A DNA stretch of 57,615 nucleotides, the filler included, from Dugesia japonica (lineage: Eukaryota), in NCBI GenBank assembly GCA_001938525.1. It is 4 parts of 4 records of this genome, joined end to end, with 100 filler letters (N's around TTAATTAATTAA, not from the genome) between each part and the next. Parts side by side here need not be neighbours in the genome. Positions count along the whole stretch, not along the records: positions 21,762 to 31,994 come from MQRL01594990.1; positions 32,095 to 45,705 come from MQRL01535263.1; 2 more parts are not named here. The stretch is one strand, 5' to 3'. How positions within the stretch are numbered: position 1 is the stretch's first letter; each line of letters begins with the position of its first letter. Shown piece by piece: positions 24,545 to 38,164 of this stretch. A program made the position numbers and the translations under genes. A model generated the notes under the pieces. It had not been told where the DNA came from. It searched no databases and was given only the letters and a program-made list of their open reading frames with translations.

Positions 24545-26640
24545 GATCCCTTAAATTTTATCCGTTTTGATAGCATCTATTTTCTCCGAATTCGTGTATA
24601 TTCCTTCCTTGCTGATAATGTAACCCAAAAATCTTATCTCTTCTCCAAAAAATTGCATTTCTTTTGATTGATCCTCAGCCCTGCGTCTCTAATTCTACTT
24701 AGTACCTGTCTGAGTCTATCATAATGATTTTCTACTTTATCGGAAGAAACCAGAATATCGTCCTGGTAGACCAACGCACCTTTGATATCGCCAATAACCT
24801 GGTTCATGATCTTTTGGCTAGTACCCGGCGCTGCCGCTATCCCAAACAGCATCCGATTGAAACAGAATTGACCTTTTTTGGTCTTATTCTGGGATTCTTT
24901 GTCTAGTTCTACCTGGTAATAGGCATTACTTAGGTCAATTGCGCTTAAGAATCTCGCCTCTCTAAGCTAGTCCAAAAGTTCATCCACGTTTGGCATCGAA
25001 AATGCCGGTCTCTCGGTCACCGCATTAAGTTATATGAAATCCAACCATGGTCTTGCCTCCGATTTGTCCTTCTTCCAGATGCAGATTAATGGTATATTTC
25101 ATTGGGATTGGCATTCTCTGATGATTCCATTTTTGTATAGATTTATGACGGTCTTCTCAATCTTTGCTTCCAAGTTCATCGGTTGTCTGAATGGTCTGAC
25201 AATGATTGGTTTTCCTGTCGTTCTGATCACATGTTTTGCCAGGTGAGTCCGACCGATATCCCAGTTGTCAGCCATAAATGCTTCTTCAGACGTTTGTATG
25301 ATGTTTTCTAACGCTGACTCTGCATTTATTTTCAAAGCTTCTAACGCTATCCTTGCTATAGCTAACATGTCTACCCAATTTTTTTTGGCTCTTCCTTGTT
25401 TCCCTCTTCTTTTCTTGTTGTATCTTCTCGGCCGTCCCTTCATAACACAAATCCAAACTGCCTTTGTAATTCAATCCACCCGATAATATCTGAGGTCACC
25501 GGTCTGACTATAATAAATCTAATCTTTTCCAAAATGTCTTCAATCTTTACTTCTATCGTCACTCTGCTTATCGTCTTCAGTTTACTATCATTAGCGCATC
25601 TCAGTTTTTCCTCACATTTTTCAATCTCTATGTCTTTCAACTTTCTTGATATATTTCAACTCATCAAGTTTATTCGGACTCCTGTATCTAAAAGACACTC
25701 GAAAACCTGTCCAGCCATCTTAACTGTGACGCTGGGTCTCCCCTGCATTTTGTGGTAGTTTATTACTGTCCATGACATGTCTCCAATTAATCCTATCGCA
25801 TCGTGGTCTCTTTCTTTCTCTGTTTCAAAGCTTTCTCTCTTCAAAGATTTATATAACTTATCTGCCACTTTCTGATCCAATTCACCTCTCTCGTTCTCTT
25901 GAGATATCCTAGTCACAGTACTTAGTTGATGGCTTGTCTCTCATTTTCTTTTAGTATTTCGTTATAGTTTCGTACTGCATTGATACTACAATTACTCCTC
26001 TTCTGTATTCCATCCATCTTACCATAAGCGTCTCGATATCCTCCACTGATGCTAATTCCCTTATTTCCACTTCCTTGTTCATTTCGTCATTGCCACTGCA
26101 ATGTACCAACCTTTTTGCGATCATTTGTTCTTCGGTTATTTTCTTTTTGTATAATTTTCGCACTTTCCGTTTAACTACTTGAAAATATGTCTGGATACTC
26201 TCTGATCCTCTTTTATATCGAAGAATCTCTTCCCAATCTGCTACTATGTCCTTGGGCTACCCAAATGCGATCCTCAATTGTGATTCGAATCCATCTCCTT
26301 TTGCTACCGTTCTTTCGTAGTCGGCGATCAAATCCTCTTCGATCATTGCGTATATTAACGCTTCCCGCATCTTTTTTGGCTTGGTCAGAATGTTAAAATA
26401 ACGTTGGCATTGTCTAATAAAAACTTCCCAATCGTAGGTAAGGCTCAACATCTTCGGCAGTAATCTTTCGGCCAATGGGTCAACTGACGTGGTTACCATG
26501 TTAACTTGATTAAAATCCGAAGACAAATCCATAAATTTATTAATTCAAAATTATAACTAATCTGAAAAACTGAATATTAAAANAACGATATTAAACATTA
26601 ATTTAATATCATTTATTTTAATTCTGATTTTCAATTTTAA
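24545..26640 (-). mobile_element. Ty3/Gypsy copy B (LTR end, PBS, gag, PR, RT; internally deleted and 3' truncated)
   Basis: FECLLDTGVRIN protease; PFRQPMNLEAKIE, MLFGIAAAPGT and LVYQDDILV RT. Same family as copy A (LLPKM gag start). Confidence 0.9.
26488..26498 (-). promoter_or_regulatory. PBS of copy B (TGGTAACCACG, tRNA-Arg(TCG)-like)
   Basis: Follows ...TTAACA and matches the recalled tRNA-Arg 3' end CGTGGTTACCA. Confidence 0.6.
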
Positions 26641-27798
26641 ATAATATCTCATAATAAATATTAATAATTTAATAATATTACATTAATGATCACTATACTT
26701 ATTTATTCCTATCTCAATAATAAGAATAATATTACCCATAATAAATCGTTATTATCTTTTCTAATAATAGTAATAATAATAATAATANNNNNNNNNNNNN
26801 NNNNNNNNNNNNNNNNNNNNNNNNNNNNNNNNNNNNNNNNNNNNNNNNNNNNNNNNNNNNNNNNNNNNNNNNNNNNNNNNNNNNNNNNNNNNNNNNNNNN
26901 NNNNNNNNNNNNNNNNNNNNNNNNNNNNNNNNNNNNNNNNNNNNNNNNNNNNNNNNNNNNNNNNNNNNNNNNNNNNNNNNNNNNNNNNNNNNNNNNNNNN
27001 NNNNNNNNNNNNNNNNNNNNNNNNNNNNNNNNNNNNNNNNNNNNNNNNNNNNNNNNNNNNNNNNNNNNNNNNNNNNNNNNNNNNNNNNNNNNNNNNNNNN
27101 NNNNNNNNNNNNNNNNNNNNNNNNNNNNNNNNNNNNNNNNNNNNNNNNNNNNNNNNNNNNNNNNNNNNNNNNNNNNNNNNNNNNNNNNNNNNNNNNNNNN
27201 NNNNNNNNNNNNNNNNNNNNNNNNNNNNNNNNNNNNNNNNNNNNNNNNNNNNNNNNNNNNNNNNNNNNAAATTACCTATTTTATGGTTTATTAAAATAAT
27301 AATAACAACTGCACTTTTGTTTTAATCTGCTGGTTAGAAATTTCTTATTTTATAATAAATAATTGTAATATAATCGTTTCCGATTTATCATAATAATATC
27401 AATAATTTATTCCACTACTTAATAATAAATAATCATAATAATACTAGTCATAATAATTAATCACTAAATAATAATAATCCTTTTACTTTGAATAAGACTT
27501 TTAATTTGCTCGTAATATAATTTTATTTGATTTTTGATTACTATTTCTAATAATAATTTTATTTAATATTTTATTTAATAATTTTATTAATATAATAAAA
27601 ATAATTTTACTTTTGGGTTTTATATTTTCAAACAATTTTTATATATACTTTCATAACTTTTAAACCTCATTTTCTTTTATTTACCATTTTAATATATCGT
27701 TACTTTTATAACATTTATATATATTATAAATTAGAAATATATTTTATTTCTCATTTAACTATTTTTCTTTCGTCTTTTCCACGTTGGCATTATCATTT

Positions 27799-30700
27799 TG
27801 TGATATAATATAAAAATGAAGTGTTTAAATATTTAGATTTTAGAAGAGGATAATTTGAACCTGTTTTATTTGAATAAATATTATTTTAGTAATTTATCAT
27901 TGTCAGGAGCAGAATTCCGTATATTTTTATCAAATTTATTCAACATGGTTCAGAAGCTGCCAAGTTTTCATATTGGAATTTAAGAACCACATTCTTAATT
28001 TAAAGATTCGAGGATTTCTCCAATTGCCAAACTTTTACAGATTAAGCAAAATTATCTCTCTTTAAGAGAATTTATTACAAAATTGAGAGTTCGTTTATTT
28101 AAAAGTCAACCAGAATTGAATAGCGATGACAGAGAAAAGACTTTAATATTCGAATTTTTATTTTGATTTTCAGCAGTTAAATTTCTTAAGCCAGAATCAT
28201 TAGACAAAGCTTATAACTTTGTAAAAAAAGAAGTTAAAAACTAAAGTAAAGAAAATCAGAGACAAATTTAAATACAACATGACTTATCAGACAAAGTGCT
28301 TTCACTAAAACAGAAGGTGACAGAATTGGAACAAATGATAGTCAGGCCATCTAGAGATATAAAGAACGGAAGAAATAGATTTGTAGTGAATAACACAAGA
28401 ACTAATAACGAAAGTCGGGATAGAAATACACAAATTAAAGATATTAAATGCTTTAACTTTGATAATTTTGGCCATTTTGTGAGAAATTGTAAAAAACAAA
28501 TTATGTGTAAAAATTGCAAAAGGTTAGATAGATTTAGATAGATTTTGCAGAACAACAAATATGGAAAATGTCAGATATATTAATGAAAATGATAGTGGAA
28601 ATATGGAATTTGACGATATCAGATCAACATAAAAGTGATCAAAAATGTTCAGCACAGAGACCAAGCATGCATTGAACAAAATAATAAAGAAAAACGCGAA
28701 ACCAAAAAAGGTAATAAAAAATAATTGTTATACTAAAGAAGTTATTAATTCGGCTTAATACATCAACGGACAAGGAGTCATACCAAAGTTTAAAAATAAA
28801 GCAAAAGCACTAATTTCAGAAAATCACTCAGAATTCGCTCAAAATAAGCCTTTGGTCCAAGCGAAAATAAATTAAAAATGGGTAGCGACACTAATAGTTA
28901 TTGGGGTAGAATCAAATGTAATGAATTATAATTTATTATGTGAATTGATAAAAAGTAACAAACGGATTAAATCTTTCAAAAGAACAGAAAGAATGTACTA
29001 TGCAAACGGATTGCCTATGAAAATCGTGGAGGTTGCGAAGGTTGAACTAGTAATCGGAGAAAAAGAATTGACACTAGAATTTAAAGTGGTGGAAAACGTT
29101 TTCCAAAAGATAAATTAAATTAAATCGATGAATTGAATTAAATCGATGAAAGCACAGAACTTAAATTATGCCATAGGATGACTGTACCTATCAACCTATA
29201 CCATTTGTATCAGAAGTTTGTGACGAAGATGCGGTAAACTAGCAAGCACCAATCTTAAGAGTCACGATTCAGCCGAGTAAATCAAACATTTTTATTCAGA
29301 CAAATTAGAGATGTCTCATGTAAACGGATTGATTGATCGAATCAAAAAAGAAGATGAAATTCCTTTAGATAAAAAAAAGAGATTAATATTAAAATATGCT
29401 AATATATTTAGTAAATGCAACACGGATATTGGTCATTGTAAAAAACTAAAGCATTACATTCTCACTAAAGAAGGAGCGCCTATCGTTGTTCCGTCTAGAC
29501 GAATACCGATAGGACGTGAGGATAAAGTTGATAATTTAGTTGCAGATTTATTGAAAAAAAAGATAATCAGGAAAAGTGAAAGCCCGTGGAATGTACCTTT
29601 AGTGTGTCTCACTAAAGCCAATGGTGACATAAGATTATGTGTCGATTATTGGCAGTTAAACTTATTCACAATTAGACCAATATATCCAATTCCAAAAAAC
29701 TTCTCAGTTTTTTGATGCACTGGGAAGAGCAAAGATATTTAGCGTTTTAGACTTATCTAATTGATAAGTGCATACGATGCATAAATCAAAAGAATGGAAT
29801 AATTGAATTAGAATGTCNNNNNNNNNNNNNNNNNNNNNNNNNNNNNNNNNNNNNNNNNNNNNNNNNNNNNNNNNNNNNNNNNNNNNNNNNNNNNNNNNNN
29901 NNNNNNNNNNNNNNNNNNNNNNNNNNNNNNNNNNNNNNNNNNNNNNNNNNNNNNNNNNNGGTCGATGTATTGATATTTGGAAACTCGTATGAACAACATC
30001 TCAGTCGATTGGAAATAGTTTTAGCAAGAATAAAAGAATTGGGTGTTAAATTAAAACATGAAAAATGTAATTTTTTGCTAAAGGAAGTTTCATATCTGGG
30101 ACATAGAATTACGGTAGAAGGTATAAAAACAGATGTAATAAAGATAGAAAAAGTTCGAAATTGGTCTGAACCAGGGTGTTACTCAGATCCACATTCCTTT
30201 ATTTTGTAAATATATTCCTTTATATGAAAATATTATTATAGAAAATGTATAAAAGATTTCGCGTATGTCGTTCTACCTTTAGAAACTATACAGTAAAAAA
30301 CAAATAATTTGAAATGCTGAAGGAAAAAAGCATTTAAAAAGATACAGGAACTTCTAACAACAGCCCTAGTTCTAGCTTATTCTCTGAAAGAAGGTATGTT
30401 CATATTAGATGCACATGCAAGTCACAGTCATATTAGAGGAATCTAAAGCCAAGTTCAAAATGGAGATAAAAAGGTTATCGCATTTACGTCGACGAAGCTG
30501 ACAAATTCAGAATTGAAATATTGGGTTACTCGTAAGGAATTATTAGCTGTCTATGTTTTTGTGAAACAATATAGGCATTATATATTGAGGAGAAGTTTCA
30601 AAATAAGATCATAAAGGATTATTGTGGCTAAAAAGTTGGAAAAATCCAATTACATCACAGTATTTTACTTGGCTTACAGAATTAGAGGAGTATGATTTTG

Positions 30701-31994
30701 ATCTTGAACACCGACCTGGCAGTTTACTCATAAATGCAGACTATATGAGCCAACCGGAATGTGAGCAAAAGTAAATTCAGACATAATGAATCAAAATAAC
30801 GAAGAAATGTGAAACTGATCGAAAAAGAAAATGATGAGAAGCCAATTATTCGAGTTTTAAAAAATTATTTTACATTTAAAGAAAAAATGAAATAATAGAA
30901 TATTATCATAACAACATGGGCCATCCAAGATTTATAAAGACAAAGAAATTAATTAAGAATTATTATGACTGGAAGAATATGAATAAAGAGATAAAATCCT
31001 ATAGTGATAATTGCATTCCATGCATAAACAGAAAGAATGGAATAATTTCAAACTATATTCCTGAGAAACATTTTGTAGCTAATGAGGCATTTGAAAATAT
31101 ATGCATAGATATCACCATACCATTACTGGAATGTAAAGGCTAAAGATATATTTTAGGTGTAATAGATGTCTTCTCAAGATAAACCATGTTAATCCCTCTT
31201 AAAGGCATCAAATCGAAAGTAATAAATAAATTATTTAAAAGATGGATCACTATTTTTGAAATGCCAAGAATTATTCACTCCGATAATATAAGTCAGTTCA
31301 AAAACAATTTCATGGAAGAATTTTGTAAAGTTCTTAAAATAAATCAAACCTTTGTAAGCCTATACTATCATCAAGAAACGGCTTAGTAAAAAGAATTTTT
31401 AGAACCGCAAAAGATAGAATTTATGCAACCAACTTGAAATTTCTTATAAATTAGATAGATGCCATTCTATTCGTCGAAATATATATGAGAGTAACAAAAA
31501 ATGAAACAACTAATTATTCTCCTTTTGAAATAGCTTTTGGCAAACAATTTCAAGCTTATTTAAATAACGAATAAGTCAACTCGAAAAATCTGGATCAATA
31601 TTTAGAGACTATTGGAGTAAATTTAGAAAGAATAAATCAAAATTTAAAAGCAAAAGAGAATGCAATTATTAATAATAACCACCAATTAAAAATTGGCGAT
31701 ATGGTAATGTTCAAATCAGAAAAAGAAAGGAATGTTAAAGAAGCGATATAAAGGACTATGTCAAGTTACAGAATTATTACCATATGATCATATAAGAATG
31801 AGTTACAAAGGGAAATCGCTAATTCGTAATGTTAATCAAATGAAAAGATTTACAATAGAAAAGCTAGAGGAGAAAGGAAAAAAGAGTCTTAAGAACACAA
31901 CAATAATAAGCTAATCAAAAAGAAGTTCAATAATCAAACAGGAACAATTAACAAGCAAGAAACAAAAAGAAGATATACTGCAAGAGAAAGACGC
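27799..31994 (+). mobile_element. Ty3/Gypsy copy C (near full length, decayed, cut by the contig end)
   Basis: Putative LTR 27799-27945 plus PBS-like TGGTTCAGAAG; decayed CCHC knuckles; SESPWN..IRLCVDY; SYLGHRIT; RNase H TRKELLAV; integrase HNNMGHP, ICIDIT and IIHSDN. Confidence 0.9.
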
Positions 31995-32094
31995 NNNNNN
32001 NNNNNNNNNNNNNNNNNNNNNNNNNNNNNNNNNNNNNNTTAATTAATTAANNNNNNNNNNNNNNNNNNNNNNNNNNNNNNNNNNNNNNNNNNNN
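31995..32094. other. Artificial contig spacer
   Basis: 44N-TTAATTAATTAA-44N. Confidence 0.95.
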
Positions 32095-32128
32095 TTATTA
32101 TTATTATTATTATTATAATTAATTTCAG

Positions 32129-32256
32129 ATGTCCCACGTACTTTTCCAGAAAATAAAAAATTTCTAAACAGAAATGATCCTGAAAGTTTATTACCTCATT
32201 TGCAAAGAATACTTACCGCATTTGTAGCAAAAAATCCATTAATTGGATATTGTCAG
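32129..32256 (+). CDS. GRTP1: Rab-GAP TBC-domain protein, first visible exon
   Basis: ttcag|(D)VPRTFPENKKF...LQRILTAFVAKNPLIGYCQ|gtaatc, containing the TBC DxxR arginine finger and YxQ glutamine finger. Confidence 0.85.
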
Positions 32257-32932
32257 GTAATCTTAAAAATTATTATTTTATATTATGTTGCATGATAGTA
32301 CATATGTTTATTTTATTTTATATTTGTTTATTTTATTTTTGTATCTTTTACAAAGAGGACAATTAAACTCTTTTCAAGGGGATATGTAGGTATATCACAA
32401 TTCAAACTTTTGCATATCTCTTCAAAATATATAACCTTTATCTTAAAAAAGAAAATTGCTGCACAAAATCTTGATAATCTAGCGTACATTAACGTCGAAA
32501 GAATTTTTACAAAAGGTATAATATTAGAAGTGTATTTTTTGACCCATTTAAACAAAATTTTAATCGTATCTTCATAGTAAATTTTCTACCAAAAATTGGC
32601 CCACTTAAATTGTTAAAGTAAAAACAGAATGAACAAATGAAGTTCACTCTAGTGTATTCCGATATTTATACTTATTGTAAAATTCATTTGTAGATTTATA
32701 ATTCATCAATTATGATATTATAAACTTTTTCTATCTTCATTATTTCCAATTGTAAAGTGAAAATTTATCGTTATAAATTAATTTATCTCTATAAAATGTC
32801 AATATCAAAATGACTTTGCTCGTTTTCTTCAGTTGAACTTGGTAATGGTAATTTAGTAATTTTAATATTATTATTAATATTANNNNNNNNNNNNNNNNNN
32901 NNNNNNNNNNNNNNNNNNNNNNNNNNNNNNNN

Positions 32933-32996
<64 letters not shown>

Positions 32997-33008
32997 TAAT
33001 GTTTTAAG

Positions 33009-33169
33009 GGAATGAATTTTATTGCTGGACTTATTTTATTGGTAGTACCAGATGAAGAGAAAGCCTTTTGGGTATTTAACACCTTAATTACAGATATTCT
33101 TCAATCTTACTACATTCCAGGCATGCTAAGAATTCAAGTTGATTGTATGGTTCTTGAAGAGCTTTTAAA
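33009..33169 (+). CDS. GRTP1: TBC-domain protein exon
   Basis: taag|GMNFIAGLILLVVPDEEKAFW...VDCMVLEELLK|gtatat; continues YCQ-GMNF in phase. Confidence 0.85.
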
Positions 33170-33211
33170 GTATATATTATTTGAAATAAACGATTTTATT
33201 AATTTTTCAAG

Positions 33212-33323
33212 AAAAAAGTTACCAGAGGTTCATCATTCAATCACAGTTCAGTGTGGAGGTTCCTGTGTTATTTTAAGTGCTAAATGGTTCATTTGTGCAT
33301 TTGTCGATGTTTTACCTATTCAA
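33212..33323 (+). CDS. GRTP1: TBC-domain protein exon
   Basis: After a 42-nt GT..AG intron: KKLPEVHH...KWFICAFVDVLPIQ|gtaaaa. Confidence 0.82.
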
Positions 33324-33832
33324 GTAAAATATATTACATTTGTTTTTATCATTTGATAATCGTAAATTTTCTATTTATTATCTAATAAAATTTTATCCAC
33401 ATAAGAATTATAATTTTATATTTTTATCAATAAAAATCCATAGATATAACTAAACAAGTGCAATATCAATAAATCACATGCAATAAATGTAAATTTAGCA
33501 GCCATTTTCCATATAATTTTTATCTATTATCGATACAAGTGTCAATAATACTATAACAATATATCAATTTATTAATCATGTAATTTCATATGCTATAACA
33601 ATGAAATCAATTAATGAGATTTATCTGGTTTATTTGATTCTATATAGTAATCGATTATAATAAAATTTCATGATTAGTAACAACTATCAATTGGATTCAC
33701 TGAGATATATACATATATATATANNNNNNNNNNNNNNNNNNNNNNNNNNNNNNNNNNNNNNNNNNNNNNNNNNNNNNNNNNNNNNNNNNNNNNNNNNNNN
33801 NNNNNNNNNNNNNNNNNNNNNNNNNNNNNNNN

Positions 33833-33894
33833 GCTCCGGAAAAGTTTATGTAATTAAATGTGCTCCGCCACCCGTAAAAGGTTAAGAACCACTG
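33833..33894. mobile_element. hAT (Charlie-like) terminus in an intron
   Basis: Ends AAAAGGTTAAGAACCACTG; the other end is probably in the gap. Confidence 0.55.
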
Positions 33895-35829
33895 CTTTAG
33901 AGAGAAATTTTATACTAAATTACTGGAGTTTACACAGAATTTTCTAGATTAATTAGAAAGGAATTTGAAATAACTTCTCATTGGTTAATTGATTTTATTA
34001 ATTAAATACAAAACTGCTCGTTGATTTATTCTATTTGTTATTTACAAATAAATAATGTGGTTCAATCAGTCAATGATACTGAACTTAATTATAATTAGGG
34101 TGATTTAAAAAAAGTATTCATGTAAGACATTAAAAAAAGGAATATATATTCACTTATTAGTAGTAATCATCAGTATATTATTTACACTAGTGTTATAACA
34201 AAATAAGAAATACATGCACACGTTTACTGCTAAAAATTACTATCAACTGCTATTAATATTTTTAANATGAAAAAGCTTATTTTTCCACCACATAGTTTAC
34301 AGTTTGACTGATTGTTTNCTGAAATAATGAACTGTTGTTTGTATTCACATGGATATCTTCTGGAGTTTTAATATTCATATCTCTCTTTTTTACTGTGAGT
34401 TGATAAATTAAATAAATCAAAGAGTTAATCCTCTGAGAAATCGCCGTCATATGTCTCACCTTAGTCAGTAACTGAATCTTCTTGCTATAAAAGTTTGTTC
34501 ATCTTATTACATTACACAATTTGGAAAGATTGTAGATAATTTTGTAAAAAAAAAACAATTAGTGATAATTAAGCCACTATTTTTCTTAGATTTTAGAGAA
34601 CTTTTGGCGGTCCAAGAAATAGGTTCCACAGCCCATCATTTGAGAAACTATGATTTACAATGTCAATAAAAAAGGAAACTTATACAAATTTTGAAAATAA
34701 AGACAACCACAAATCCAAATCATAATCTATACTGTTTTTGAATTTATATCGTTAAATTTAAGAATATTGACTCAATTATTTGTTTTAGTTTCATATAATA
34801 GAATTACCAACTTTAAAAGTGTTCGCTGAAACACACGTTGAAGTTTTAATAGTTGAATCAATAACACCAAATTTATCCATAAGCATTTATTAAATTGAAC
34901 AGATAACTAAATTGTTATTTTTAAATAAACTAACTTACCATATTTTTCAATCAAAAAAATTAAGGAGTTAATTTTAAGAAATATTTAAAATTAATTCTTT
35001 TTGCAAAGATAATTAATCGGTTTAATTTTACAATTCCAAATTTTGTGAGAATAAATTTTGGACTTAAACATTGATCACATTTCATTATTTTATAAAAAAT
35101 ATTATAAAAATATTAAAAAAATAAAATATATAAAAAACGAAAAACAATATTTTGATCGAAGGTTTTAATTTAATGAAATCTGCATAAATTAATTAATTAT
35201 AAATCTATTTTTTAAATTGTTTAAAAAAACCATTGATCTGCCAATAAATAAACTCGTTTTTAACAACAAATAATTTTTTGAAAAAAATTATTTGTTAATT
35301 AATTTTAGTCAACTAAATTTTTATAAAAATTCAATTCTCTTATAAAAAGATAATATATATTACAAAGTTATATTAAACAACAAAACATAACACTCAGAGC
35401 ATAGACGACCTTACACTGACTCATTGGGTGCACTTGTTGTCTACAGATTGGAACGCAATCAACCATCCACAAACTTAATTCTTTTTATTTTCTCATCCAT
35501 TTCTTCTTTTCTAGATTGCCAATGTTTCTCATCTTTTCCTGCATAACTTATTACATTTTCCCATATGTTTTGAGAGCTCTTTTTCTCTGAAAATACACAA
35601 CCATATGAAATTTTATCTACTTTGGTACTCATAAATAATAATAATAAATGTGTGCAGAAAGCATTGCAATGTTGAACCTTGTGATTTTTCTGTTTTTCTT
35701 TCAATTTCATTATATTTTTCTTTATTCCTGTAGTCCACACCTTTCTTTTTTGGATCGAATGGACTTTTTGCATCAAAAGCAATACAAATTCCTTCAAATT
35801 TTTTGTTTTTAATAAAATTTTATTAAATA

Positions 35830-36555
35830 CAAACGAAAAAAATGTTCAAGAAGCTGGAAAGATGTCGCCTGCCACAACGAGGGCGAGGGAAACATTTTCA
35901 TAAAAGTATGCTTTTTTTAGATGAGAAATTTTTTATCATAGAGCAAGCGCATAATACCTAAGAGAACAAAACGATTTCTCTTAGCTCTAAACCTCCAACA
36001 AAGTAGTAGGATTGTTTCTCGTACTGAGAAACCTGCAGGAGTCATGGTTTTGGCAGCAGTATCATTTTCAGACAAAATGGATAGTTTTTCTCAAAAATGC
36101 TATCAAAATCAACGCTACGGACTACATTTCTGACATTCTTGAAGTTGTAGTGATACTATGGACCAAACGAAATTTTCTGGTCGAGAATTTAATCTTCTAA
36201 CAAGATTCTGCATCGTACAAAGAAAACTAAAAAGTTTCTGTGAATAGAATTTTCTAAATTGTGCCACATCGTATGAATGGTCAACGTACTCACCAGATTC
36301 GAACCCTCTTGATTATGCAAGTCAATTAAAACGTGATATTGAGAAAGCGTGGAATGAAATCTAAGAATAAATAGTTTTGCGCCGTGATCGACCAGTCTTT
36401 GAGCATGTATCAACGCAAATGGAGGAATTTTTGACAACAATTTTGATTAAATAAGATTTTTTTCTTTTTGTTTGATAATTTAAATTATTTTTTACTAATT
36501 AAAATTCATGTTGAAACCACGTATTTAAAAATTTAAGAAAGTTTTGCGCACCCTG
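35830..36555 (+). mobile_element. Tc1/mariner-superfamily (DD37D/maT-like) 3' remnant
   Basis: FLDEKFF, QDSA, SPDSNPLDY and CINANGGIFD motifs; terminal GTTTTGCGCACCCTG followed by TA. Confidence 0.75.
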
Positions 36556-37051
36556 TATTTGTCTTCTTAAATGGATCTATTATTTGAATGTACAGATACA
36601 GACGATGATCAGATCAAACTGGAATGCCTTCTTTTATTATCTCCATATATTTTTCTTTCTTAATTAAATCCCCATATTCCACCACTACATAGTTGTATTG
36701 AGAGGCCAAAATACATGAATGTTTACGTGATGACGATAGAATTTTGTAGGATTATGCTTATTTAAATAATTAAAAAGTTTTAGGCGGGTGAGTCTATAAC
36801 AAGATAAAAGATTAATGTTTATGATGGAATTTTCAATTGCTATTAAATCATCAAATTAAATGCAGTTATATAACTTTGAGATGGTATTATTGAATATGAT
36901 TCAAGTGAATCTGTTATTTTAAAATTAATTCTTTAAAATAATAAAAAAATTTTGAATATCCAATCCTGGACTCTTGTTTTCTGTAGAAAATAATTCAAAA
37001 GAAAATTTTTATGGGCTAATTTTGGAATCTTATTTTTATTATCGTTTATGC

Positions 37052-37614
37052 CAGGGGTCTCCAACTCAAATTATCTCTCGGACTGCATTAGATAAATGCG
37101 TTAGTCAGCGGGCCGCACTAATGCTTTAACTCACTTTAACACTTTTTACCACTGGATACAATACTATAAGTAATAGCATTACTCATTTAACGTATTAAAT
37201 TATAATGCATTTGTTAGGTAAATATTACAAAGATCATTTATTTTCGAATAAATTAATAATTTTAATCCATTTCTGTTGGTTAAAATTTTTCATAATCATT
37301 TCCTTATAGTATTCATATATNNNNNNNNNNNNNNNNNNNNNNNGCTAATCATTGCAAACCAAAGAAATATTATTTTTAAATAAATAAAATAATTATTAAA
37401 ACATTTATTCTGGAGATGACAATTTTATAACAAAAGAATTCGTTAAAATTTACTGTATTTTATAAATTATTTTATTATATGGAAATTATTGAGAAATAAA
37501 ATTAATAATAATGGAATAAAAATGTAATCATATTTCAATTAAAAGGTATAATTATTTACAAAGAAAAATTTTATTTGTTGACAAGTAATTTTTGCCACGT
37601 GTTTGAGACCCCTG
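37052..37614. mobile_element. Non-autonomous hAT element (MITE)
   Basis: TIRs CAGGGGTCTC...GAGACCCCTG, a gcgggccgca subterminal motif, and a partial 8-bp TSD (gtttatgc / gtttaact). Confidence 0.8.
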
Positions 37615-37978
37615 GTTTAACTCATTCTTAATTGATCAGAGATTATAAACTTATATCAATCACCATTTTAATAATAGTTATGTAATTTTTTTAAAAGATC
37701 AGAAATAATTTTTTTTTATTATTTTTTTTGAGAAAATATCAAATTAGTATTTAGTGTTACACAGTTTAAGTTTTATGATTTTTATTTTAATCTTTCTAAA
37801 TTTGAATAAATGTGATAAATTTTCTTCACATTATTTGGTTCGATTTATTAAAACAAATTGGATTTACTATTTATTGTAGTAAGTAGTATGAAATAAACTA
37901 ATAATGAATTTTGAATAATATAATTATTTATTAGTTTTTTACACCAATATTGAAAACTATAATTTGTTAATTGCACAG

Positions 37979-38164
37979 ACTTCTCTTCGGGTATTGGATT
38001 GCGTTATGTTTGAAGGTGATAAGATTTTATTCCGTGCGGCTCTTGCTATAATCAGACTTCATCAAGATGCTATCAGTAAATGTGCATCTATTGCTGAATT
38101 GATGATGCTTTTCAGAGAAATTCTAAAATCAGAAGCTCTTCTAAGATGTCATGAATTTAGTGAA
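37979..38164 (+). CDS. GRTP1: TBC-domain protein exon
   Basis: cacag|TSLRVLDCVMFEGDKILFRAALAII...CHEFSE|gttaat. Confidence 0.85.

Noticed and set aside
26686-27294. Long ORFs containing X runs (also 38370, 42206, 49646 and others)
   Set aside because: They are open only because of N gaps.
36600-36760. Possible LINE RT remnant (FMYFGLSIQ, minus strand)
   Set aside because: A single weak motif is insufficient support.
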